Below are positions 7,938 to 16,658 of a DNA stretch of 35,665 nucleotides, in pieces. Both the position numbers and the translations under genes were made by a program. The notes beneath the pieces were generated by a model. It made no database searches. It saw nothing but the letters and a program-made list of their open reading frames with translations, and was not told the origin of the DNA. The stretch's first letter is position 1; each line of letters starts with the position of its first letter. Location of the stretch: sequence record SRR20825010_694. One strand, 5' to 3'.

Positions 7938-9677
7938 ATGAAACGATTGAGCCGCAGGGACTTCCTGAAAGCATCCGCTATGGGCATGGGCGCTGTTGCC
8001 ATATCCACAGGGCTGGCCGGATGCATACTCGACAGCAGCGACAAACGTGATATCCGCTTCTCTCAGGGCGTTGCCAGTGGCGACCCCCTGCAGGATGGCG
8101 TGATCCTCTGGACTCGTGCCGTACCGGACGACGATTCCGGGCGGGACGTGGACATCGCCTGGGAAGTTTCTACCGACGCTGACTTCCGGAGCATGACTCA
8201 TTCCGGTCGCTCGCGCGCCCCGGCTCAGCACGACTACACCTTCAAGGTGGATGTTCGGGGCCTGATGCCAGGTCAGCGCTATTACTATCGTTTCCGCACC
8301 GCCAGAAGCACCTCCCCGACCGGTATGACGCAGACCCTTCCTGAAGGCTCGGTGAGCCAGGTGAGGTTCGCGGTGGTGTCCTGCTCCAATTACCCCGCCG
8401 GCTACTTCAACGTGTATCGGGAAATCGCGGGCCTGGATAACCTGGATGCCGTGTTGCATCTGGGGGATTATCTCTATGAGTATGACAGCGACCCGGATAG
8501 CTATGGCGCGGCGCAGGCAGAAGCCATGGGCCGTACGTTCCCTGCGTCGAATAACCGTGAGCTCATTACTCTGGAGGATTACCGCCATCGCTACGCGATT
8601 TACCGGGGCGATGATCATTTGAGGGAGTTGCACCGCAAGGTGCCGTTCATCACGGTCTGGGATGACCACGAAGTAGCCAACGACACCTGGAGGAACGGGG
8701 CTGAGAACCACAACGCCGATGAGGGTGATTTCAGTGACCGTAAACTCGATGCCCTGCGGGCCTACTTTGAATGGATGCCGATCCGGCCGGTCACGGACGG
8801 AGACCAGGAAACCATCTCCCGCAGCTTCCGCTTTGGCGACCTGGTGGACCTGCACATGCTGGATACACGGATCATCGGCCGCGACGAGCAACTGGCTTAC
8901 ACTGATTACCTGACCCAGGATGGCATTGACGCGGCCCGGTTTGCGGCAGATGTAGGCGACCCGAACCGTACCATGCTGGGCGCGGAGCAGCGGCTTTGGC
9001 TTGAGAATGCGCTGGCAACTTCAACCGCCACCTGGCAGGTGCTGGGGCAGCAGGTGTTGATGGGACGGATGACGCTGCCCGCGGAGCTTCTGGCCGGCAT
9101 CATCAACCCTGACCCATCTGTGTTGCTGCCCCTGTTCGCGGAGCTGGCTGGCCTCAAGGGTCGCTACCTGGCTGGAGATCCCTCGTTGACCGACGAGGAA
9201 ATTGCCCGGATTGAAACCGTGCTGCCCTACAACCTGGACGCCTGGGACGGCTACTACGTGGAACGAGAGGTGATCCTGGAAACGGCGAGGCAACTACAAA
9301 AGAACCTCGTGGTACTGGCCGGGGATACCCACAACGCCTGGGCCAGCAACCTGAAAACCGGCAATGGTGACCAGGTGGGTGTGGAGTTCGCCACGCCGGG
9401 GGTTTCTTCCCCCGGTCTTGAAGACTATCTCCAGTTGCCTGAAGCGACCATACCCGATGCCGAGGCGGCTATTGAGCTTCTGGTGGACGATCTCGACTAC
9501 CTGAACGTGAACCAGCGGGGCTATATGCTGGTGACATTTACACCCGACGAGGCGAGGGCGGACTGGCGCTTCGTCAGCACCGTCAAAGACCGTAACTACG
9601 AGATTGTCAGTGGTCGCAATGCTGCACGGCAGACCTTGCCGGGGCCGGGCAACCGTTCACTGGTAACGCCCGGTTGA
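7938..9677 (+). CDS. phoD: Alkaline phosphatase D family protein, Tat-exported lipoprotein
   Basis: SRRDFLK twin-arginine motif, lipobox LAGC, and PhoD motifs GVASGDP, HLGDYLYE, WDDHE, LDTR, DAWDGY, LAGDTH. Confidence 0.92.
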   Translation: MKRLSRRDFLKASAMGMGAVAISTGLAGCILDSSDKRDIRFSQGVASGDPLQDGVILWTRAVPDDDSGRDVDIAWEVSTDADFRSMTHSGRSRAPAQHDYTFKVDVRGLMPGQRYYYRFRTARSTSPTGMTQTLPEGSVSQVRFAVVSCSNYPAGYFNVYREIAGLDNLDAVLHLGDYLYEYDSDPDSYGAAQAEAMGRTFPASNNRELITLEDYRHRYAIYRGDDHLRELHRKVPFITVWDDHEVANDTWRNGAENHNADEGDFSDRKLDALRAYFEWMPIRPVTDGDQETISRSFRFGDLVDLHMLDTRIIGRDEQLAYTDYLTQDGIDAARFAADVGDPNRTMLGAEQRLWLENALATSTATWQVLGQQVLMGRMTLPAELLAGIINPDPSVLLPLFAELAGLKGRYLAGDPSLTDEEIARIETVLPYNLDAWDGYYVEREVILETARQLQKNLVVLAGDTHNAWASNLKTGNGDQVGVEFATPGVSSPGLEDYLQLPEATIPDAEAAIELLVDDLDYLNVNQRGYMLVTFTPDEARADWRFVSTVKDRNYEIVSGRNAARQTLPGPGNRSLVTPG

Positions 9678-9688
9678 CGGCATCTGTA

Positions 9689-9720
9689 AACCCGCTGCCG
9701 AATGATTCAGGCGGCGGGTT
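9689..9720. terminator. Hairpin between convergent phoD and glutaredoxin, possible terminator
   Basis: AACCCGCTGCC (9689-9699) pairs with GGCGGCGGGTT (9710-9720). U-tracts are short, and the hairpin overlaps the glutaredoxin stop. Confidence 0.45.
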
Positions 9721-10102
9721 CGAACTGCCGTTGCAACCACAGTTTGATGTCGTCGGATTCGTACAGCCACTGATCCTTGCCGTCATCCTGCCGAATTCGC
9801 AGGCAGGGCACCTTGACGTGACCGCCGCCGGCTTCCAGCTCTGAGCGGCGTTCGCCGTCATGCTGTGCGTCACGGGTTTCGATGTTGAGGCCCAGGCGCG
9901 CAATTTCCTTACGGACCTTGATGCAGAACGGGCAAGCCGTAAACTGGTAAAGCGCGAGGTCTTCGCAGGCACTGTCCACCTTTGCCTGTGCGTCAGGCGT
10001 GCGCGTGATGCCCTTGGGTGTGCTCAACTTCTCGCTGATCAGCATGAAGGGGGTCAGGATCAGCCGAAGGGTACGGAAAAAATAGCGGATGATGATTCTC
10101 AT
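9707..10102 (-). CDS. Glutaredoxin-like protein (CPFC) with N-terminal hydrophobic helix
   Basis: LYQFTACPFC, VPCL and LYESDDI motifs. Start MRIIIRYFF at 10102 overlaps the HPP stop (ATGA). The ORF-track extension to 10210 lies inside the HPP gene. Confidence 0.85.
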   Translation of the reverse strand: MRIIIRYFFRTLRLILTPFMLISEKLSTPKGITRTPDAQAKVDSACEDLALYQFTACPFCIKVRKEIARLGLNIETRDAQHDGERRSELEAGGGHVKVPCLRIRQDDGKDQWLYESDDIKLWLQRQFEPAA

Positions 10103-10725
10103 GGACTCGATACTGCTCCAGTCGATGGGGTGGATTTCCTTGCAGACCAAACCGGATAGGGAATGCCCGACAGCCTGTTCATGCAATAAGCGTGTGCCAG
10201 AAGCAGGCAAACGCCAGCCATCAGGACGGGCAGTTGTGCCGGATCAGGCATCAGGCCGAGTGATACGATAAGCGCAGTGGCTCCGGCCGGCGGATGCACG
10301 ACACGGAATAGTACCATCAGGCAGCCGGTCAGGCCGAGGGATAAAGCCGAAGCGCCGACCCTTGGCAGATCGACTCCGTGTAAAAATGCGGAGGCCTGGT
10401 CCTGTAGACCAAAAATATGAAGACTGAACAGCCCCATCAACGCACCGATGAGGTGGCCGCAAAAGGTATTGCGCGGAGAGGCCGGTTCCGCGAGCGGAAC
10501 GTGGAACAGTATAAACGCCGTGGCGCCCAGCGACGGGAATATGAAGGCTTCCTGAGTAACCAGTGCGATAAAGGAAACAAGCGCGATACTCAGTGTGCCG
10601 TTGATCAGGCTAAACCCCGCCATTACAGTTCGGCGGCTGTATCGGTTCGTCAGCTGTTCAAGATGAAACACCTTTAGCAGACCACTGGCTAACTGCCAGC
10701 GCAGTCGTTCGTTTCTGCGTCCCAT
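10099..10725 (-). CDS. HPP family membrane protein
   Basis: FPSLGATAF, PASPRN..GH and HPPAGATAL motifs, hydrophobic helices. Confidence 0.88.
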   Translation of the reverse strand: MGRRNERLRWQLASGLLKVFHLEQLTNRYSRRTVMAGFSLINGTLSIALVSFIALVTQEAFIFPSLGATAFILFHVPLAEPASPRNTFCGHLIGALMGLFSLHIFGLQDQASAFLHGVDLPRVGASALSLGLTGCLMVLFRVVHPPAGATALIVSLGLMPDPAQLPVLMAGVCLLLAHAYCMNRLSGIPYPVWSARKSTPSTGAVSSP

Positions 10726-10749
10726 TGCTTCTCGTTAACCTGAATCATT

Positions 10750-10797
10750 TGCACCAAAAAGGTGCGTGATAGTAAGCCCTGACCCTGCACAAGGCAA
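10750..10797 (-). promoter_or_regulatory. Sigma70-type promoter for HPP-grx with an NtrC-like palindrome over the start site
   Basis: Minus strand TTGCCT (10797-10792)-N17-TACTAT (10774-10769). TGCACC-AAAAA-GGTGCG at 10750-10766. Confidence 0.55.
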
Positions 10798-10970
10798 ATC
10801 GCTATTTCCGATAACCGTGAGCGACTGGCAAAGGTTCACTGATGCTTCTGAGCAGAAGGGCGTAAGGTATTGCCTGGGGCGTTGTATTGCTGTCGCCGGG
10901 CGTTTCTGACAGTCTTTTGTTAATGACAGAAACAAGGCCGGGCTAACCGGACATTCAGGAGAGCACAGTA

Positions 10971-12647
10971 ATGACAGAAGACAAACGCCGCCGTTATTCC
11001 GCGCCCGTGGTCGACGGCCTGGGCAAGTCGGCAAGCCGCGCCATGTTGCGGGCCGTGGGGTTTACCGATGAAGATTTTCGCAAACCCCAGATCGGTATTG
11101 CCTCGACCTGGAGCAACCTGACGCCCTGCAATATGCACATCAACCAACTGGCGGAGGAATCCGCTGCTGGTGCCGACGAGGCCGGGGGCAAGAGCCTGAC
11201 GTTCAACACCATCACGGTATCGGACGGCATCGCCAACGGCACCGAGGGTATGAAGTACTCTCTGGTGTCGCGGGAAGTCATTGCCGACTCCATTGAAACC
11301 GTGGCTGGTTGTGAAGGTTTTGATGGCCTGGTTGCCATCGGCGGCTGCGACAAGAACATGCCCGGCTGCATGATGGGTCTGGCGCGGCTGAACCGGCCGT
11401 CGGTATTTGTCTATGGCGGCACCATCATGCCCGGCGAGAATCACACCGACATCATCTCTGTGTTCGAGGCGGTGGGTGCCCATGCCCGAGGTGATCTGGA
11501 CCTGATTGAGGTCAAACAGATCGAGGAAACCGCGATTCCGGGCCCAGGCTCCTGCGGCGGGATGTACACCGCCAACACCATGGCCTCGGCGATCGAAGCC
11601 ATGGGCATGAGCCTGCCGGGCAGTTCTGCCCAGAACGCTATTTCCGAAACCAAGGCGGCAGACTGCAGGGCGGCGGGCGCGGCAGTGCTCAACCTGCTGG
11701 AGAAAGACCTGAAGCCATCGGACATCATGACCCGTGAGGCGTTCGAGAATGCCATCACCGTGGTGATTGCCCTGGGTGGCTCCACCAACGCGGTGCTGCA
11801 CCTTATTGCCATGGCCAGTACCGTTGGCGTTGACTTGTCGCTGGATGACTTCGTGGAAATCGGCAAGCGGGTTCCTGTGCTGGCGGACCTGCGCCCCAGC
11901 GGTCACTACATGATGTCAGAACTGGTGGCCATTGGCGGTATCCAGCCATTGATGAAGATGTTGCTCGACCGTGGCATGCTCCATGGCGACTGCATGACGG
12001 TCACCGGCCAGACACTGGCGGACAACCTGAAAGACGTGGCTCCGTACCCGGCAAGCCAGGACATCATTCATGCCTTTGATGACCCCATCAAGGCGGATAG
12101 TCATCTGCGTATCCTTTACGGCAACCTGGCGCCCACTGGTGCGGTGGCCAAGATCACCGGCAAGGAGGGCACTCATTTCACTGGTCGTGCACGGGTGTTC
12201 CAGTCTGAGGAAGAGGCCCAGGAGCGGATCATGGACGGCACTGTTGTGGCCGGGGATGTGTTGGTGATCCGGTTTGAGGGGCCCAAAGGCGGCCCGGGCA
12301 TGCGGGAAATGCTGACGCCTACCTCGGCCATCATGGGCAAGGGCCTGGGCAGCGATGTGGCGTTGATTACCGATGGGCGTTTTTCCGGTGGCAGCCACGG
12401 TTTCGTGGTTGGTCATATTACACCGGAAGCCGCCGAAGGGGGCCCGATTGCGCTGGTGGAAAATGGTGACACCATCACCATTGATGCGGTGGCTAACCGT
12501 ATTGAGCTGGATGTTTCGGAGCAGGAAATGGAACGCCGCCGACAGGCATGGACGGCACCGGCTCCCAGGTTTACCCGCGGGGTGCTGGCTAAGTACGCGC
12601 GTACCGTAAGCTCCGCCTCGGAAGGCGCAGTGACGGACAAGCCCTGA
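10971..12647 (+). CDS. ilvD: Dihydroxy-acid dehydratase
   Basis: [52 protein letters not shown] and TDGRFSGG motifs. RBS AGGAG. Confidence 0.97.
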   Translation: MTEDKRRRYSAPVVDGLGKSASRAMLRAVGFTDEDFRKPQIGIASTWSNLTPCNMHINQLAEESAAGADEAGGKSLTFNTITVSDGIANGTEGMKYSLVSREVIADSIETVAGCEGFDGLVAIGGCDKNMPGCMMGLARLNRPSVFVYGGTIMPGENHTDIISVFEAVGAHARGDLDLIEVKQIEETAIPGPGSCGGMYTANTMASAIEAMGMSLPGSSAQNAISETKAADCRAAGAAVLNLLEKDLKPSDIMTREAFENAITVVIALGGSTNAVLHLIAMASTVGVDLSLDDFVEIGKRVPVLADLRPSGHYMMSELVAIGGIQPLMKMLLDRGMLHGDCMTVTGQTLADNLKDVAPYPASQDIIHAFDDPIKADSHLRILYGNLAPTGAVAKITGKEGTHFTGRARVFQSEEEAQERIMDGTVVAGDVLVIRFEGPKGGPGMREMLTPTSAIMGKGLGSDVALITDGRFSGGSHGFVVGHITPEAAEGGPIALVENGDTITIDAVANRIELDVSEQEMERRRQAWTAPAPRFTRGVLAKYARTVSSASEGAVTDKP

Positions 12648-12652
12648 GTGCG

Positions 12653-14287
12653 TCAGGGGCAGGCCGGTTCAGGCTTGCCCCAAAAAAAGCCCTGCCCGTA
12701 GAGGTCCGGGAATTGCTGTAACCAGCGCACCACGGCCTCATCTTCAACACCTTCAACCACCACATCCAGGTCCAGTGCTTCACCCAGCTCGAGGGTCGCA
12801 CGGAAGATTCGCTGGCGCGTAGGGTGGTCGAGAATGTCTTTCAGGAAACTGCGATCTATCTTGAGCTCATCCAGTTCAAAGCTTGCCAGTGTGCCCAGTG
12901 ATGAATGGCCGGTCCCGAAATCGTCCATGGCAATTCGGAACCCTTTTCGGTTCAGGGTGTGAATCATACGGCGGGAAGCCTCTGGATCGGTCATCATCGC
13001 GGTTTCCGTAATCTCCAGTATCAGGTCTTTCGCCTGAATGTTGTGACGGGTGATGATGTTGGTTACCTTCTCCTCGAAGCCAGCATGAGTCAGGTCCGTG
13101 GCGGAAATGTTGACGGCGATGGCCAGCTCGTCGCCGTAGCGGGCTGTCAGGTGGGGGTATTCGCTGCAGGCCCGTTCAATGACCCAAAGCGTCACAGGAT
13201 AGATCACCCCCACCTGTTCGGCCTGGGGAATCCACTGGTCTGGTGGTACATACCCGAACTCCGGGTGATGCCAGCGTATCAGGGCTTCCACCGAACGAAC
13301 TTTGGCGTCTCGAATGCGCACTTTGGGCTGGTATTCCAGCCACATACTGTTGCGGGCGAGTCCGTTTTCCACCTCCAGCATTAACCGTTGTTGCTGGTCT
13401 TGCCGCTCGGTTAGGGCCGGGTCGTACCCAGGGAGTCCCCGGCTGTCGTTCGCTGATGCGGCCCCCGCGGAAGAGAGCAGGCTGGCGGCTCCGGTTGTCA
13501 GGATGACCGAGCCTGCGGCAGCGCCAAGGAAGAACGCGGACTCCGCAAAGCTGGTGCTCGGCGCCCAACCCGTTGTATGTAAAAAAGAGATCACGGCCCC
13601 GACCAGTATGGCGAGGAAGGCAAGCCCATAATAGCGTGCAAGGACGTGCTGACGAATCTGGCTCAGAACCACCAGCAGGATAAACGCGCCACCAGCGAGG
13701 GCCAGGCCGAGGAAAGACGCTTCGCCAACACCCGGAATGTTCACCGGCGTCGCCAGTAGATGCAGGAAAGCCAGCAGACTGATGACGTGAATGATTCGCC
13801 GGGAACGACGGCCCAGCGGCAGGAAGTGCGGCGTGAATTCACACAGTGCGATCAGGCACAGCGGCAGACTGATGTGCAGCAATGCGTTGTACTGCGGCTG
13901 GTCGGGCCAGATAAACCAAAGGCCAAACTGTTCCAGAACCAATTGGCAGTGCAGGACACCGGCCATGAACACACTGAGCCACGCGAGGCCGGGCCGCTGT
14001 AGCATAAACACAACTGCCAGGTTGAACAGCAGTGCAAACGCCAGAATCCCGCCGATAAATACTTGCCGTACCAACGCCATCAGGTCCTGAGGCAAACCCG
14101 TTTCCAGGCTCGATAACCAGTGGACGCTGCCCAGTGCCTGGGGAGTCAGCAACGCAAGCAGCCATCCGTAGGCAATGGCAAAGATCAACACGATCAGGGG
14201 TAGCCAGCGGTAGAAGCCATTGCTCGCATCAAAGGGCAGGGGCGTACTGGCGATTTTCTGCGTCGTTTCGGGTCCGGTTGAATCCAT
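12653..14287 (-). CDS. 7TM-DISM-like membrane region fused to an EAL c-di-GMP phosphodiesterase (no GGDEF)
   Basis: About eight hydrophobic segments (LLFNL, GLWFIWP typical of 7TMR-DISM_7TM), then YQPK, EALIRW, VNIS, LEITE, DDFGTGHSSL, LKIDRSF, VEGVE, QG. Confidence 0.85.
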   Translation of the reverse strand: MDSTGPETTQKIASTPLPFDASNGFYRWLPLIVLIFAIAYGWLLALLTPQALGSVHWLSSLETGLPQDLMALVRQVFIGGILAFALLFNLAVVFMLQRPGLAWLSVFMAGVLHCQLVLEQFGLWFIWPDQPQYNALLHISLPLCLIALCEFTPHFLPLGRRSRRIIHVISLLAFLHLLATPVNIPGVGEASFLGLALAGGAFILLVVLSQIRQHVLARYYGLAFLAILVGAVISFLHTTGWAPSTSFAESAFFLGAAAGSVILTTGAASLLSSAGAASANDSRGLPGYDPALTERQDQQQRLMLEVENGLARNSMWLEYQPKVRIRDAKVRSVEALIRWHHPEFGYVPPDQWIPQAEQVGVIYPVTLWVIERACSEYPHLTARYGDELAIAVNISATDLTHAGFEEKVTNIITRHNIQAKDLILEITETAMMTDPEASRRMIHTLNRKGFRIAMDDFGTGHSSLGTLASFELDELKIDRSFLKDILDHPTRQRIFRATLELGEALDLDVVVEGVEDEAVVRWLQQFPDLYGQGFFWGKPEPACP

Positions 14288-14542
14288 TCGCTTGGTTGTC
14301 CTGCTCGTTTCCCGGAGGGCTTGTTACACTATGGTTACCTTGTGAAATATTGTGTAACAATATGATTTCAATGTAATTTTACGCGATTTTATACGGTTTT
14401 GCATTTGATGTTTTAAACGCCTGAATGAATTCTGTGTCCGATCCCGTTAATACTTTTACCCTGGCCTACCCGGAGCCAGCCGCCAATTTGGCTGGTATAG
14501 TGAAAGGCTGACACCGTAATGACACATAACAAGGTTTGACCA

Positions 14543-15457
14543 ATGATCCGAACGGCCATTGTCCTGGCGCTGACAGTCCTGTGTTTGCTCAACGTTTCCC
14601 GGGCGATGGCGATCGAGAGGTCCGAGTTGCAATTGGCATCCGTTAACGCAGCTGTGGCCTATGCCGACGATGAGGGGCTGGTTTACGGCAAGAATGCGGA
14701 TCGACGGGTGCCCATCGCGTCCATCACCAAATTGATGACTGCGCTGGTGGTGATGGAGTCCGGCGAGCCCCTGACCGAATGGCTGGACTTCCGGGAGCGC
14801 CATATTCCCGCTCCGGCGAATGCCTATACCCGTATTCGTGTGAGCTCCGAGCTCAGACGCTCTGACGTACTGCGTATTGCACTGATGTCGTCAGAGAATT
14901 TTGCGGCCCATACCCTGGCAAGACACCATCCCGGTGGGTATGACGCCTTTATCGAAGCGATGAATGCCAAGGCCGTTGAGTTGGGAATGCTGAAAACAAC
15001 CTTCGTGGATCCCACTGGGTTGTCGGTTGACAATCGTTCCACCGCGGCGGATCTGGTTCGCCTGGTCAGGGCGGCCAGCCAATACCCACAGATACGGGAG
15101 TATTCCACCACCCGCTATTTCACCGCCCAGTTCCGCCAACCCAGATATCGACTGGCGTTCGGGAATACCAATGTCCTGGTTCATCGTGACAGTTGGGGCG
15201 TGGGGATCAGTAAAACGGGCTATCTGTCCGAAGCTGGCCGTTGCCTCGTTATGCTGTTTGAACTGGATGGCAAGCCGTTGGTAACGGTGCTGCTTGATTC
15301 TCTGGGCACCCGTTCACCGATGGGGGATGCGGGCCGGATCAAACGATGGCTGACCACCGGCGCCGGTGGCAGTGTTGCTGCGGCCGCGCGTGCGTATGAG
15401 CGGAAAAAGAACGCAGCTTATGCCGCTTCGGATGGTGCATCCGTGAGCGTGAACTGA
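14543..15457 (+). CDS. pbpG: D-alanyl-D-alanine endopeptidase (PBP7, peptidase S11)
   Basis: Signal peptide; PIASITK (SxxK), MSSEN (SxN), SKTGY (KTG); DPTGLS; EAGRCL. Confidence 0.88.
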   Translation: MIRTAIVLALTVLCLLNVSRAMAIERSELQLASVNAAVAYADDEGLVYGKNADRRVPIASITKLMTALVVMESGEPLTEWLDFRERHIPAPANAYTRIRVSSELRRSDVLRIALMSSENFAAHTLARHHPGGYDAFIEAMNAKAVELGMLKTTFVDPTGLSVDNRSTAADLVRLVRAASQYPQIREYSTTRYFTAQFRQPRYRLAFGNTNVLVHRDSWGVGISKTGYLSEAGRCLVMLFELDGKPLVTVLLDSLGTRSPMGDAGRIKRWLTTGAGGSVAAAARAYERKKNAAYAASDGASVSVN

Positions 15458-15483
15458 CCTCTGGCGAATCGGGAACGCAGCGT

Positions 15484-15963
15484 ATGATTGAGATATTCAC
15501 CACCGGTGGCACCATCGACAAGGTGTATTTCGATGCCAACAGCGAGTTTGAGATTGGCGATAGTCTGATTGCGGAGCTGTTGGCGGAGTCCAACATCCAT
15601 GACGGCTATACCCTGCACGGGTTACTGCGCAAGGACAGTCTGGAAATCACGGACGGCGACCGGGAGGTCATCAGAACCGCCGTCAGTCAGTGTAACGCCG
15701 AGCGCATACTGATCACCCACGGTACCGATACCATGCCGGAAACCGCCAGAGAGCTGCTGTCGGTGAAAGGGAAAACCATTGTGTTGTTTGGCGCCATGCA
15801 GCCGGCACGTATGCGCCGGAGTGACGCGGTTTTCAATATCGGCTATGCATGGGCGGCGGTCCAGCTATTGCCTCACGGGGTTTATATCGCCATGAACGGC
15901 GAGGTGTTCGAGGCAGGTTCCGTGCGCAAAAACCTGAAGGCCCAGCGCTTCGAACGCACCTGA
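15484..15963 (+). CDS. Short asparaginase (N-terminal catalytic domain only)
   Basis: TTGGTIDK and THGTDTM catalytic Thr motifs, KDSL, GAMQP. Only 159 aa. Confidence 0.85.
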   Translation: MIEIFTTGGTIDKVYFDANSEFEIGDSLIAELLAESNIHDGYTLHGLLRKDSLEITDGDREVIRTAVSQCNAERILITHGTDTMPETARELLSVKGKTIVLFGAMQPARMRRSDAVFNIGYAWAAVQLLPHGVYIAMNGEVFEAGSVRKNLKAQRFERT

Positions 15964-16656
15964 TCAGCCCAGGCTGTTCACTTCCTCCGTGGTTAGTTCC
16001 CGGTATTCTCCCGGCGCCAGTGAGTTGTCGAGTACGAGGGGGCCGACACGCCATCGGTGCAATCCCGTCACATGGTTACCCACCGCCGCCAGCATTCGTT
16101 TGACCTGGTGGTAACGCCCTTCCGACAACGTCAGGTCAATTTCCCCGGCATTGAGTAAATGGACATCGGCAGGCCTGGTTGGCCGCGACTCACCGTGCAG
16201 TAATACACCCTGTTGCAGTTGCGTGATGGCGAGGTCATCAATGGGTTCGGCGAGCGTCACCCGGTAGGTCTTGGGGCATTTCACCCGGGGCGATGTGATG
16301 CGGTGTGACCATTGGCCATCGGTGGTCAGCAGCAGGAGCCCGGTGGTGTCGGCGTCCAGCCGCCCGGCGATGTGGAGCCCGTGGCGGACATCTGCGGGCA
16401 GCAGGTCCAGCGCCGTGGGCTGCTGACTGTCGGTGGTGGCACTGATGACACCGGCAGGCTTGTGCAGCATCAGGTACCGCTCTCCTGGCAGTGACAGCGG
16501 CTGGTCATCGAGGGAAACCCGGGTGTCTGCGGCCACCGGAGAAGAGGATTTGCGACAGATCTGCCCGTCCACCCGGATTCGGCCTGAACTGATGGTTTTT
16601 TTCGCATCGCGGCGCGACAGGGTGGTCGCGTTGGCAACGAAATAATCCAGGCGCAT
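15964..16656 (-). CDS. rsuA: 16S rRNA pseudouridine(516) synthase
   Basis: MRLD S4-like start at 16656, HKPAG, GRLD catalytic motif, TTDGQWSHRITSP, EGRYHQVKRM. Confidence 0.92.
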   Translation of the reverse strand: MRLDYFVANATTLSRRDAKKTISSGRIRVDGQICRKSSSPVAADTRVSLDDQPLSLPGERYLMLHKPAGVISATTDSQQPTALDLLPADVRHGLHIAGRLDADTTGLLLLTTDGQWSHRITSPRVKCPKTYRVTLAEPIDDLAITQLQQGVLLHGESRPTRPADVHLLNAGEIDLTLSEGRYHQVKRMLAAVGNHVTGLHRWRVGPLVLDNSLAPGEYRELTTEEVNSLG

Positions 16657-16658
16657 GC

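Noticed and set aside
10906..10929. CTGTCAT and CTGTCAG on the minus strand upstream of ilvD as a Pho box
   Set aside because: The period is 17 bp, not 11 bp.
1405..11906. Long antisense ORFs such as 1405..2226, 3376..4080, 4682..5740, 7905..8891 and 10920..11906
   Set aside because: Each lies opposite a well-supported gene and has no recognisable motifs. Such shadow ORFs are expected from high-GC codon bias.
12656..12688. Hairpin GGGGCAGGCC/GGCTTGCCCC next to an A7 run as an intrinsic terminator
   Set aside because: Neither strand has a U-tract after the stem, and the run encodes GFFWG within the EAL gene.
14461..14477. CTGGCCTACCCGGAGC as a sigma54 promoter for pbpG
   Set aside because: GG-N10-GC spacing holds, but the -12 element is GAGC rather than TTGC, and a better extended -10 lies nearby.
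15484..15963. Asparaginase as a truncated pseudogene
   Set aside because: Catalytic motifs are intact, the stop abuts the rsuA stop with no room for a remnant, and short-chain forms are known.
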